The notes below the pieces were generated by a model. That model had not been told where the DNA came from and did not search any database. It saw only the letters and a list, made by a program, of their open reading frames with translations. The translations under genes were made by a program, and so were the position numbers. Positions 30,560 through 42,588 of a DNA stretch of 64,000 nucleotides are shown in pieces (the first letter of the stretch is position 1; each line of letters starts with the position of its first letter). This DNA is from Cystobasidiomycetes sp. EMM_F5 (Eukaryota), in contig JBPGPT010000001.1 in assembly GCA_051047955.1 (NCBI GenBank), positions 558,001-622,000 on the forward strand. The letters are read 5' to 3'.

Positions 30560-31626
30560 CTACTGAGCGAAACCGATGACACCACAAGCGTTTCTGGGTA
30601 AGGGCCAAGCTCAGCTAGCTTCCTTGGGATGCTGAAAAAATGGCTACATACCGTCCGCCAGCATTGCCGGTCTAATGTGAAATACAATGATTGCTTAGCT
30701 GCAAGCGCAACGACCAAGCATCATGAGCATCGAGACCTGGCTTACCTTGAAAGTCTCTTCATTGTCACCCTTTCCGAGGTCATCGGTACCGGCGTGAATG
30801 ACGACAGTTCGTCCAATGATTGAGTTTTTGCCGAATAGCGACAAGTGCTTGTCGGTAATGTTGAGGTGAGCAACACCGGAACCGTCAGTCTTGACATTTC
30901 CGAGGTCACCTACGTGACGCTCTGCTGCGTCGGGTGCACCGTGCTTGGAGCCGGTTGGCTGCAACGCGGACGTGTCAATACAGTGACAATTCGGGTACTT
31001 TGACAGCAGTGACGACGCACGTTGAAGTGAGGACCAGCTTAACATCATTCTGGACATCAGCTTTGGCGCACTAGGGGATGAGAATGTCGGTATCACGAAC
31101 CGCTGCGGGAAATTATAGACCATCAGTGATATCCTGACCGACGACAGGAAATCACTCTTACCTAGTGCATCCGTTGGTGTTATCACCAAATTCTGAGTGT
31201 CATAGTCACTCTATCAGCCATGACTAACTGCAATGCGGTAGATCGACGTACGGTGAATGTGGAAGCCACGGTCGGCGTTGGCGTCGTTTCCGGAGATCTC
31301 GCCGCTGACCTGAATAGCGTTGATGTGCAACATCCAGTATCAACAAAACTGGCTTGCCTGGTGGAGAAGATGAAACTAGCGCACCTTGACTGGCGAGTTC
31401 TCATCGGCCTGCTCAAACTTGACGATTCCTGCAGAAGCACCTTGTCAGAATGTACTCCCTCCTTGCTAGTCGTATATACACACCAGAGACCTTGGAGTCA
31501 CCCTTGCTGTAATCATGGGAAGGGAGAAAGCACACCGTCAGAGCCAGGCACGGCTCGCCATTGACCGGCGGACGGCAGTCGTAGACCAGCTTATGAGACG
31601 TACAGGACTGCAATTGCGTTTACCAT
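30560..31626 (-). CDS. SOD1: Cu/Zn superoxide dismutase (many very short exons)
   Basis: Spliced product [12 protein letters not shown]...GFHIH...GCTSAGPHFNP...HVGDLGNV...[16 protein letters not shown]...[14 protein letters not shown]. Confidence 0.97.
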
Positions 31627-32902
31627 GGTTGCTGTAGGAGATTTGGTGTTTCTTCGATTAATCTTTATGCGCGTGCTGTGTTGGAAGGAGCAGAGATGTC
31701 CGCAGAGCAAAAAGGCACAATATGACGCAGATCCGGCAGACGTTGTAGCAAGCTCTGGTCAATAGTGATGCCAGTGGTACTCTCCCAGGAGAATAGACAG
31801 TACTTTACGAATCATCCGGCAAGGGCAAGCTGTCACAAGAGGCTTCAGACGGGCAAGAAGTATCCATCGATGTCATTCCAGTGATGGTGCCGGGATATCA
31901 ATCACACATATCTTTAACATACAGGAAGTACATCGTGTTGTGCACTACATGCACGGCTTTGAAGAGCGAGACATGCGATATCTCTGGTAGCCAGGTTAGC
32001 GTTGTAAGCAGTATATAGGTTAGATAGTGCGGTCCGTATGCGCATGTAGCACGTCCGCGTGGAATGTCTGTGAGTGTGTAGGTGAGATAAGTTGACATTA
32101 ACCACAATGCACTGACGCAACGTGGCATTCCGCAGAGTGTCTGCCATCAAGCGTGCATTTTGCGGAGACACGCAGTCAAGGACGAGGGCCTCCGTCGAAG
32201 TGGAAACCTCAAGACTGTTTACTGTCAGTCATGGCTTTATATCGATTACTCGGGAATGCGTATCCAGATGTTTATCGGTCCTGACCTTTCCCTAAACGAT
32301 CTCTCACAACATGAGCACTTCGCAACTCAGCTTGAGGATGACAGACTCTCATGATGCGGCTGGATTTAGTCGAGTGGATGCGGAGTAAATGTGGACGGTC
32401 GACGCGCTCTAGGCAGACGTCGCGTCTCCGACGCTTGCGGGGCTCCAACATTTAAATCCATCGCCGTCCATGTCTGTCAGCATCACTGTCAGCCCACTTC
32501 CCTGATACGCCATGACTAGGCTGTAATGAGCGAAGCTTGTTATAGCTGCCTTAGGTATTGTACGCGACGCGCAGGCTGTAGATGCAGCCACAGACAAGAC
32601 CGCCAGGAGCAGGCTGTCCATCTACTGCGGGCATATATGCTCGGCACCTTTGACGTTTCGAACAGTCTCCATCTTGTTGCGGTTGCTGCGGAGTCTTGGA
32701 TTCAAGTGTTTCAGTTGCCATTACTTCGCCGTTTCTCTGCTTGGCCCGAACAGAACGGCGCTGGAGGCTGGGAAAGGCATTTACGATCCCAAGGGCTGCA
32801 AGCATACTGCACCGCTGCACCCGACTGCTGTCTTTGCATTCCCTCGCTCAGCGCTCAGATATCGGATCACTCGGGGCTTGAGAAGCGACAAGGCAGCTCA
32901 AG

Positions 32903-34793
32903 ATGCCAAATTTACTGCAGTACATTGCGCTGGCCGTGACGCATCCGGCAGAGTTGCGGGCGGTGGTGCATCGTTCAGTCTTCATGGATGTGCGGGACAT
33001 CAAGACGGACAAGTCGTCTGGCTACGAGAGGCCGACCATGAAACGGTGCTGGGAGCTGCTCGACCATACTTCGCGGTCCTTTGCTGCCGTCATTAAAGAG
33101 CTCGACGACGATCTATGTCGCGTCGTATGCCTCTTCTACCTCGTACTGCGAGGACTGGATACCGTTGAAGATGACATGACCCTCGACCTCGACCTCAAGA
33201 CGAGCACTCTGGAGTCATTTCACGAAAAGCTGACGCAGCCAGGATGGAATTTTACGCAGAGTGTGCCTACTACTCCATATGTAAACTCCCTGCCCCAAGA
33301 TGTACTTACATCTTTTCCTTTGCCAGGCGGCCCAAACGAGCACGACCGAGACGTGTTGATCGAGTTCGACAAGGTCATTCAGGAGCTCATGACGCTAGAC
33401 GAGCGTTATATGAAGGTCATTACACACATATGCAAGTGCATGGGCGCTGGAATGGCGCACTATGCCCGAGTCGGCGCAAAGTCGACAGATGCCTACGCAG
33501 TCGACACGCTGGCGGATTTCGACTTGTACTGCCATTACGTCGCTGGACTGGTCGGAGAGGGAGTCTCTGGCTTGTTTAGTGCCAGTGGAAAGGAGGCTCC
33601 CGAGATTGGTCGCATGCTCACGCTTTCCAATAGCATGGGCTTGTTTTTGCAAAAGACCAATATCATGCGCGATTTCCGGGAAGATTTGGAGGATGGTCGC
33701 TTCTTCTGGCCCACGGAGATTTGGTCGAAGTACACGTCTGATCCGAGAGAGTTCTATCTAAAGGGAGATGACCCTGAAGTGCGAAGGAAAGGCCTTGCTG
33801 CGCTCAACGAAGTCATCCTCGATGTCCTGGTTCACGCGATAGACTCGCTCAACTATCTTTCGCTCCTTAAAAATCAGTCTATATTCCAATTTTGCGCAAT
33901 CCCTCAAGTGATGGCTATCGCGACACTCGAAATCTGCTTCAACAACCCAGATGTATTCCACAAGAATGTCAAGATCCGCAGGTCAACCGCCGTCTACGTG
34001 GGTCGATAGCCCGGGTTTCTGTTCTCACGCTGACAGTCTAATTTACCGGTCCATGCGTTATAGCTCATCAACAGAGCAACCAACGTCAAGGAAGTTGCTA
34101 AAATGTACGTGCAATACGCTCGCAAGATTGTCAAACGCGCTCCCCTTTCGGACCCTTCATACCTCAAGATATGTATCGCGTGCGGGCAAATTGAGCAATG
34201 GCTCGAGACGTATTACCCTTCGTGGCTCTTCCTGCCGGAAGGCGGCGTTCGCAGTCCACTTCCCATCTACTCTGATGAGAAGGGTCTGGAAGGCGTGGAA
34301 GATATCAGGCTTCGACAACTGCCCGCGATGAAAGATCTTCCCGAGCAGAGAGAACGAGATGCTCGCCTCGCTGCATACAGGGCGACCAACGAGATCAGCC
34401 GTATGTCCGGCAGAGACTATCTGATATTATTGTGAGTTGTTCTGAGCGAAGGCTTTCACTTCTTGCTAAGATTGCGTCTGTTGGACTAGCTCATTCGCCT
34501 CGATCCTGATGATTGTCATGCTTACTCTGATGGCAATGGTTGCGACGTTAGTGTGGTACTACACCGACCCCGACGCGTCATCCACAAAGTTGATTGCGAT
34601 CGTCTCGTCTATCTACAACAATTGGAGCGACCAAGCCAAGACTGTAGGCATTCCGATTGTCGGATCATTCTTCCGCCGTCCTGCTTCCAAGGAAGTCAGC
34701 GAAGTGGTAGTCAACACCAGTGCGAGCCTGCTGTCGTCCGTACAGAGCGCACACATTGTCTCGTCGACTGCCATCGCTCGGCCGGACCTGTAA
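32903..34793 (+). CDS. ERG9: Squalene synthase
   Basis: 'TSRSFAAVI', 'YLVLRGLDTVEDD', 'YCHYVAGLVG', 'MGLFLQKTNIMRDFRED', 'FCAIPQVMAIATL', and a C-terminal TM helix. Confidence 0.96.
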
Positions 34794-35208
34794 GCGTTCG
34801 CAGTTTGAACTCAGGCAAGGGTGGTGCGGATAGACGCGTGGGAAGGTCTGTTGTACTTTACACACCCACACAGAATGCAAGTGAAGATGAAGCTTGCTCT
34901 GGCCTTTCCGCTTTTGACTTTTCGCACTGTTCCTTTGACGCGTCCTTGCCACTCCAACGGCTGCCGTTCTACATGCATGTCAGAGTCAAAATTGCGATGC
35001 TTTACGTGTGAATGGGCTGTGCTGTCACCCATGCTGGCATGCTGCACGGCCAATGCGAGCCTGTTTTCGAGATTTGCTCTGGTCAATCGCTTTGTTTTGA
35101 GTCGTCGATTGCGTCCTCGTGGTGCGACTTGGAAATCAGATACGCAGCAGGAATCCGCGTCGATATTCGACGACGCGCCCAATATTACTGCTGCCGTAAC
35201 TGCTACGC

Positions 35209-38200
35209 ATGCTCGGAACACGGCGCAGACAGGCTTCGACGAGCGGAAACAACAGCAATGCCGCTAATCTTAACGGCTCGCCGTACAAGGCGGGTTCGGG
35301 TCTCCAAAACTACCCGTCAAAGATGAGCAGCCCTCCGAGCGATGCAAAGGGCAAGGGAGTAAAGCTGTCGCTCGACGACGACCTCGAGGAAGACGAGGAC
35401 AATGGCTTCTACAGCGGAATCAGCCGTAGAAACGCTTCTTCGCCGTCGCTCGCATCCTACGCTTTCGGTAGCAACGGCGGCAGCAACGGCGTAACCAGTG
35501 GCACAAGCAATGGTGTCAATGGTGTGCATGGAGCAAGTGCACACGCCGGCTCCTCCACCGCAGATATCCCCTTGGTCGGATCCGGAAGCAGGTATGTGTA
35601 TTTAATGCAGTCACGGGATATTCGGCTTGGACGAATCGACTAACGAATGATCCACACTCTCAACGTGTAATGTGCTCGTACGGCGTAGAGCAAAGATACT
35701 CTCGCAGCTCGGCCAGGTCGAAAAGCCAGTGCTAGAAAGCGGACCCAGTAACGAGGGCAGGGGGTTCAGGGCATCATCCATGTCATCGCGGCCGTCGATA
35801 GGACAATTCTCATCTTCATCTGGCTCATCTTCAGCCGTCAGTCCTCTTACCCAAGTCCCGCATACATCGCCAAGCCGGGAGCGACAAAAGCTGGGGTTCC
35901 GTAAACACAGCGCTGGCAAACTGTCCTTCTCTGGTTTATCGGGCATGATTAATGCTAGTCCGGTGTCGACTCCCTCGCACATCAGCAGCGGTGTGCTCCC
36001 TCAAGATCAGACCAACTATTTTTCATTTCCGACGTCCTCAACCTCGCCCCCTTCCAGCAGTCCGCAACCCAACAATGTCCCTCCGCTGTCGTTTGGCTCT
36101 TCCTTAGCTGGAAGCAGAAGCAGTTCTTCGCTACAAACCGCCCTACAGACATACGGCGGCAGTTTAAACGCAAATGGCAGCAGCAGTACTCCGAAGAGAT
36201 CGCCAATGAAGATGAATCTGAGTAGCTATCAGCGGTCTGCACCGTCCAGCGTACAAACTTTCAAGATTGGACTGCCTCCTGTTGAACAATCGCCTAGGCA
36301 AACATTGGCGAGTCCAGTCTTGGGTACATCAGCTTCCTCACCAAATATTGCTGCAACCGAGAGGACACTGCACACGGATGATGGACGTCCCGATATCTCT
36401 GTGCACTCCACATTCGGGGGCAGACAATCCTTCTCAGATCTCGATAGGAATATGCGAGTAGATCGAGCGGCTCCCAGGTGGCCAAGTCTCGCAAACGGCA
36501 AATCGACAGATCCAGACCTAGCCGATGATGGTCAACTCGAAGAAATCGTCCCATGGTTGTATCAGAGTAAAGATGTGAGGTTCCGCCTTTGGTTCATTCC
36601 TAGTCGTGTATAGACTGATGGGCTCGATGAGTAGGGACTATCATCCCCGACGAGCCCTCTCAGCCAGCCGCGTATGCGTCAGCACTCGGCTTCACAGACT
36701 CTTGCAGGTAATTCTGCGTCACTCAGAGTATCCAAATCGACAAACAATCTAAAATCCGGACGGCACGACTCAACCGGATCAATAGAGTCACCACCCGGCA
36801 GTCGTGACCGCAAGCCGAGTGGTCGATTCATGGGTATGCTTCGAAAGAAATCTTCTGCTATTGCAGTCAACATACAGGATGTCCTGTCTCCAAATAGAGA
36901 CAGGAGCGACGTATCGCCTCGGGGCAGCCTCTCTGCTACCAATAATGCCAAAGTTCCGTCTCGACCCAAATTGGCTCCTCGGGCAGCGGGGCAGAGCTCC
37001 GAAGATGGCAAGTCTGCGAAGAAGGCCAAAAAGCAGAAGAGAGGCGATTCAACAACCCTGCCCTCGGTTGTCGGCGGGACTGGATATGCACTCGACACCA
37101 ATTTGGATGAGATGGAAGGCATCGTCAACCTCAACCAGCCGTATCAGCCTTTTCCGCGCCCGGGCGATGTGGCATATCAATCTAATGGTCAGATACCAGG
37201 CCTTAGCACTTCGCCAGCCCCGGGCACTCCACCGTCTCCCTCCCAAATGAATGGATACCGGCGACCATCTTTGGCGAGTTCCGCCCGCGAGTTTATGACC
37301 GGCGAAGCCAACGATTTCTCCCCGATTGGCAAGAGATTGGGAATTTCTCGTCGCGATTCCATGGACATCGTTGCGTCCATGAATAATTGGACGCAGAACG
37401 GCGGATTTACAGGCGCAGGTATACCGCATCCTCCTCCTTCAGCCAATGCCTATGATCCGAGCCGGAAAGGCTCGCTAAGTAGTCTTATGGTCAACGATCG
37501 CAGAGCATCCGACGCTACCGGGAACAACGTTGGCGCAGTCAATGATTCTAGTTGGATAGCACCTGATTCTTGGGATGTGAAGCCTCTCAGTAGCGCTCGT
37601 GACGACGACGACGAATCTGAAGATGACGAGCGTGCAGCAGCAGCATCAGATCGCGTAAAGTCTGATGGGGCAAGCACACTGACAACACCGATGCTCGCTG
37701 GGGAAACGCCTGGCGTTGAGCTTGCCGGGCTCAACATTCCGAACGTCGTTAGCAGTCGCGCGACACATAAACTCACCGGCACTCGACAGCCAGCCTTGAA
37801 TGGCACGATTGGCATGTATGGTAAAAGCGGCAATGTTCCCATGGTGGGCCTAATTACCGTTGCTATAGTGTGGTCTTGATTAACATCGATTGTAACAGGG
37901 TGCTATCCGGATCTTCAAACCCGACAACGCTCACACTATACTCAATGTCCCGTACAGTACGAGTGCCGCAGAATTGCTGAGTATGATTAGCAAAAAACCG
38001 GGCTTCATTACTGCCAAGACGCAGGCGCAGTCATACAAGCTGTTCTGTCGCGCTCGCGGCTTAGAGCGAATCATGATGCAATCCGAACGACCGCTCTTAT
38101 GGCAGGAGCGTAAGTTTCTACAAGCTGGCTACGATAAGGATTCGGATAGATTGGAAGAGCTGGGTCGTGAGGACAACTCGTATCTCGTCAAGTTCATTTT

Positions 38201-41200
38201 CAAACCAGAACCGTCTATTAGCTTCCGCGCAGAAGAAGAGGGTCAGGAGGGATTCGAGTATATCGATTTGTCCGCCAGACAGATTGACAATCTCCCGATC
38301 TTTCTGTACAAGCATGCCCACGAAATCATCAGCCTCAACTTGTCTCGCAACTCCCGTTTGCAAATTCCCAGCGATTTTGTGCAAGCCTGCACTTCATTGC
38401 GCGATCTCAAGATGGTAGAGATGGGTATAAAGCGGATCCAGCCCAGCGTTAGGCAAATCGCTGGTCTGACTAGGCTAGATCTTTCCATCAACCGCATCGT
38501 AGATCTCGAACATGCTATGCTCAATGAGCTGCCTGAATTGACTACCCTCTTCATTCACAACAACCGCTTGACCGCTCTACCCGACTACTTCGTTCACTTC
38601 AGCTGCCTAAAATACCTCAATATTTCCAACAATCGCTTCGAGACTTTCCCCGTCGTCGTCTGCGATGTCGCTTCTCTTGTGGATCTGGATGTGTCCTTCA
38701 ATAACCTTTCCGTCTTGCCACCTGAGATAGGGAAGCTCAAAAATCTCCAGACTTTAACACTCTTCAGTAACAACATCACCGTTCTTCCGGCTACACTTTC
38801 TTCGATGACGAAGCTACGGGAATTGGACGTCCGATACAATTTGATAGAAGATTTCTCGCCAGTGAATCTGGCACCTAAGCTCGCTTCTGTCCGCGCTCAA
38901 TACAATGCGGCCAAATCTCTCGAGCTCTTCGCTGGGACACTGTCGGTATTGAACCTGTCACATAACGCATTAACTAGATTCACCATCGTTGGCGGCAGTA
39001 CTGCAGCTCTCCTCACCCATCTCGATCTTTCCCATGCCCGGCTGGAGACAGTCCCGGAAGATCTCTTCGTCTTGTGCACATCGTTGCAATTGCTTGTTCT
39101 CAGTGACAACAAAATTCGAAATATCAGTGATCAACTTGGCAACCTGCAGAAGCTTACCCGACTTCACCTGAACAACAACGCTCTGCTATCCATACCTGCT
39201 TCCATCGGTAGTTTACAGCGTCTGCATACCCTGGACGTCTCCAACAACAAGCTCAGCTCAATCCCGGCATCGATATGGCTGTGCTCGGAATTAACTTTAC
39301 TCAATCTCAGCTCCAACGGCATTGTTGAGGTACCCGACCCTCCCGAAGTGCCAACAGATGAGGATTCGGATCGTAAAATGTCCGCTGGAACATCAACGCG
39401 TGCAGCGCCACCTCTAGCGATGAGCTTGAAGAAATTGTATCTCGCATACAATCGATTCCGGGACGATGTTTTCCGTCCAATTTCGCTAATGACCGGCCTG
39501 ATTCTCCTCAACCTCAGCTTCAATGATATATACGAGATTCCTCCCGGTATGCTTCGACACTGCTATCAACTCACACATCTGCACTTGAGCGGTAATATGC
39601 TCACGAGTCTGCCGGCCGACGACCTCGAGCGCTTGTCAAGCTTACGCTTGCTGCATCTCAATGGCAACAAGCTGCAAACGCTGCCTGCCGAGCTGGCCAA
39701 GCTGAAGGCTCTTCAGACGCTCGACGTTGGTACCAATGCGCTGAAATATAACATAGCAAATTGGCCATACGACTGGAATTGGTGCGTTTGGTGGTGCAGC
39801 AGCGGATGTCATACTGATGATCGTCTGCAGGAATTGGAATCTTGAGCTACGATATCTCAATCTTTCGGGTAATAAGCGTCTCGAAATACGGCCCTCAGCA
39901 CAGAGTGCACATGAGATGTCTCCCACTGGCTCGTCAGTCAAGCGACGCAACCTGTCAGATTTCTCCGCACTATCCAAGATTCGCATCCTCGGCCTGATGG
40001 ATGTTACCCTTATGATACCTTCCGTCCCGGATGAAAGCGAAAATCGACGGGTCCGCACATCTCTCTCTTCGATCAATGAAATGGGTTACGGTGTCGCCGA
40101 TTGCCTTGGCACGCGAGATCACCTTGCAATCATCGACCTCATCGTACCCAAGTTTCGCGGTAAAGACGATGAATGCGTCATTGGCCTGTTCGACGCCGGC
40201 ACAAGTGACGCCGAAACGGGCGCCAAGATTGCAAAGTTCATCACCGACCAATTCGTTCAGCGTTTGACACTGGAGCTCAGCCGGCTCCGGGATGAGGATG
40301 CCTCGCAAGGTCTGAGACGGTCCTTCCTGACATTGCAGCGGGACTGGGGTAATTCAGTGATGCCAGCTTATGATCGAGGGCGAAAGGAATCCGATTTCCT
40401 CGGACAAGGCGAACGCTTTCAGAATGCCGCTGGCTCAGCGAGCGATGTCAAGGCTGCAGCGTCCGCTGCGGTCATCTACATCTACAAGAAGACATTGTAC
40501 GTGGCCAACGTTGGGGACTCTATGGCGATCATTGTCGGTCGAACCATGCTGGCTCGTGTCTTGACAACAAAGCACGAGCCCTGTTCTCGCGACGAAGTCA
40601 CCCGAATCCGCAGCTCAGAAGGATGGGTCTCCATTCGAGGACTAGTCAATGATCTGGTCGAGCATAGTCGGAACTTTGGATGCTTTCACGTCTATCCAGC
40701 AGTCAACACGGATCCAGCTGTTCACGTGCTGGACCTGGTTGACGATGACGAATTTGTCATTGTCGCCAATGGCGGTCTATGGCAGTATCTTTCCTACCAG
40801 GCCGCTATAGATGTTGCGTGGGAGCATCGCGGCGATCCCATGTTGGCGGCTCAGAAACTACGCGATATTGCAATAGCCTACGGCTGCGAAAGTAATGTCT
40901 TGGTGATGGTACGTAATTTGGTGACGAGGTTAAAGTGATGATCGCTAAAAGCAGTCTTGCAGGTGATCAATGTTGGAGACCTCTTCAAGGGCAAACACAT
41001 GCGGCTTAATCGTAGTCTGACGACTCCTGCGACGAGCAATGACGCCTTCTACGATAACAAGTATGTTGGCCGTCGAGTACCAGGCAGTATACCCGGCCTT
41101 CGTGTTGCAGCCGATCAGACTATCGCCCCTACGGGTACTGTTGCCCTGGTCTTCACCGACATACGGAACTCGACAGCTCTATGGGAGACAAATCCAGGGA

Positions 41201-42321
41201 TGCAAAATGCCATGCGCATACATCACGAGCTGATGCGCCGGTTGATCCGTGCATACGACGGGTACGAGGTCAAAACGGAAGGTGACGCCTTCATGGTGTC
41301 ATTTACTTCAATTACTTCTGCTGCATTGTTCTGCTTCATGGTTCAGCTGCGGCTACTCGAAGCAGATTGGCCCGCAGAACTTCTGATGAGTGATGAGGGC
41401 AAGGAGATTTACGGACCATATGGCGAAACCATTTACAAAGGGCTGTCTGTCCGCATGGGTTTACATTGGGGCACTCCAATCTGTGAGCAAGACCCAGTAA
41501 ACCTCCGCATGGATTACCTGGGACCGGTCGTCAACAGAGCAGCTCGCGTCAGTGGCGTGGCAGAAGGGGGCCAAATCACTGCAAGCGCTGACGCTGTGGA
41601 GTTGCTTCGAGCGTTATTGAGCGCGACCAGCGACAACGAACACGAATTGGATCAGCCACTGGTCGATCCGAACGAGCTGGACCCTGCCACAAAACGAGAT
41701 ATTGTTGCCTTGCGACAAACAGGCTTCTGTGTAACGGAACTTGGCGAGAAGAAGCTTAAAGGCCTAGAAACCCCAGAATTTCTCTCCGTTATTTATCCAA
41801 CCGCCTTGACTGGCCGAATATCGGGTGGCAAAATAAGAGAAGCAATAGTTCCACAAGATGCATCGTCAGCGACGCCTCATCTAGCGATCGGCCCGGTCAC
41901 GCAGCCAGCTCCAGCGTTGCTTGAAACCAACGACATCCGTAATCTGGGCAATATATGCCTTCGTCTGGAAGCCCTTAGCGCCGGTAATGATCATCGCCTG
42001 TATGAGACTTCTTCGGCCTATCCCAATTCAGGAACAAATTCGCCTGCTATTGGAGCAATCACATCTACTGCCGCCCCTCGCCGTCGAGTCACTCTTTCCT
42101 CCCATCTGCTGGTCGCAAATCAGATCCGCAATGATGCCACGGACGAGCAATTGGTAGTCCTTCTAGAACTACTCATTGTTCGCATCGAGAATGTCCTATC
42201 GAGCCTTCAACTCCGGCAGCTGGGACCGCTGACCAACGTGCTCAGCGCCTTGAGTGACGCCATCAAAGTGGACCCGCAGCAGATCATGCAGGCGTTGTCC
42301 ATGCTGGCTCAGCTCTTGTAA
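35209..42321 (+). CDS. CYR1: Fungal adenylate cyclase (Ras-association, LRR, PP2C-like and class III cyclase domains)
   Basis: 'WIAPDSWDV', a long LRR array, a PP2C-like domain, and catalytic 'VFTDIRNST', 'EVKTEGDAFM', 'MDYLGPVVNRAAR'. Confidence 0.96.
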
Positions 42322-42588
42322 TAAAGCCTGCTCAGCGTGTAAGAGTACTACGCAAGGTAGTAACGTATTATAGCCGTTCATTGATCAGTGCATTGACAGC
42401 CTGCGTTGTATAGTATAATCGCATAGTCATTCATTCGGATTTGGCAATGAATTCGGCATTGATGTACAGCAGCAACTTCATAAGTCGGTTCTCATACGCA
42501 TACAACCCACGTGCCTTGCAAAGAGCAGTGTTTGCAGACTAGAGCTCGCATCTTTGTGACCGCGCGAGCTCATAGAAGTCACACAACT

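Noticed and set aside
33261..33326. Apparent 22-aa insertion in squalene synthase
   Set aside because: It is a 66-nt in-frame, stop-free GT-AG intron; EMP70 has similar ones.
38260..39780. Periodic sequence suggesting a repeat array
   Set aside because: These are the leucine-rich repeats of adenylate cyclase, not a DNA repeat or CRISPR array.
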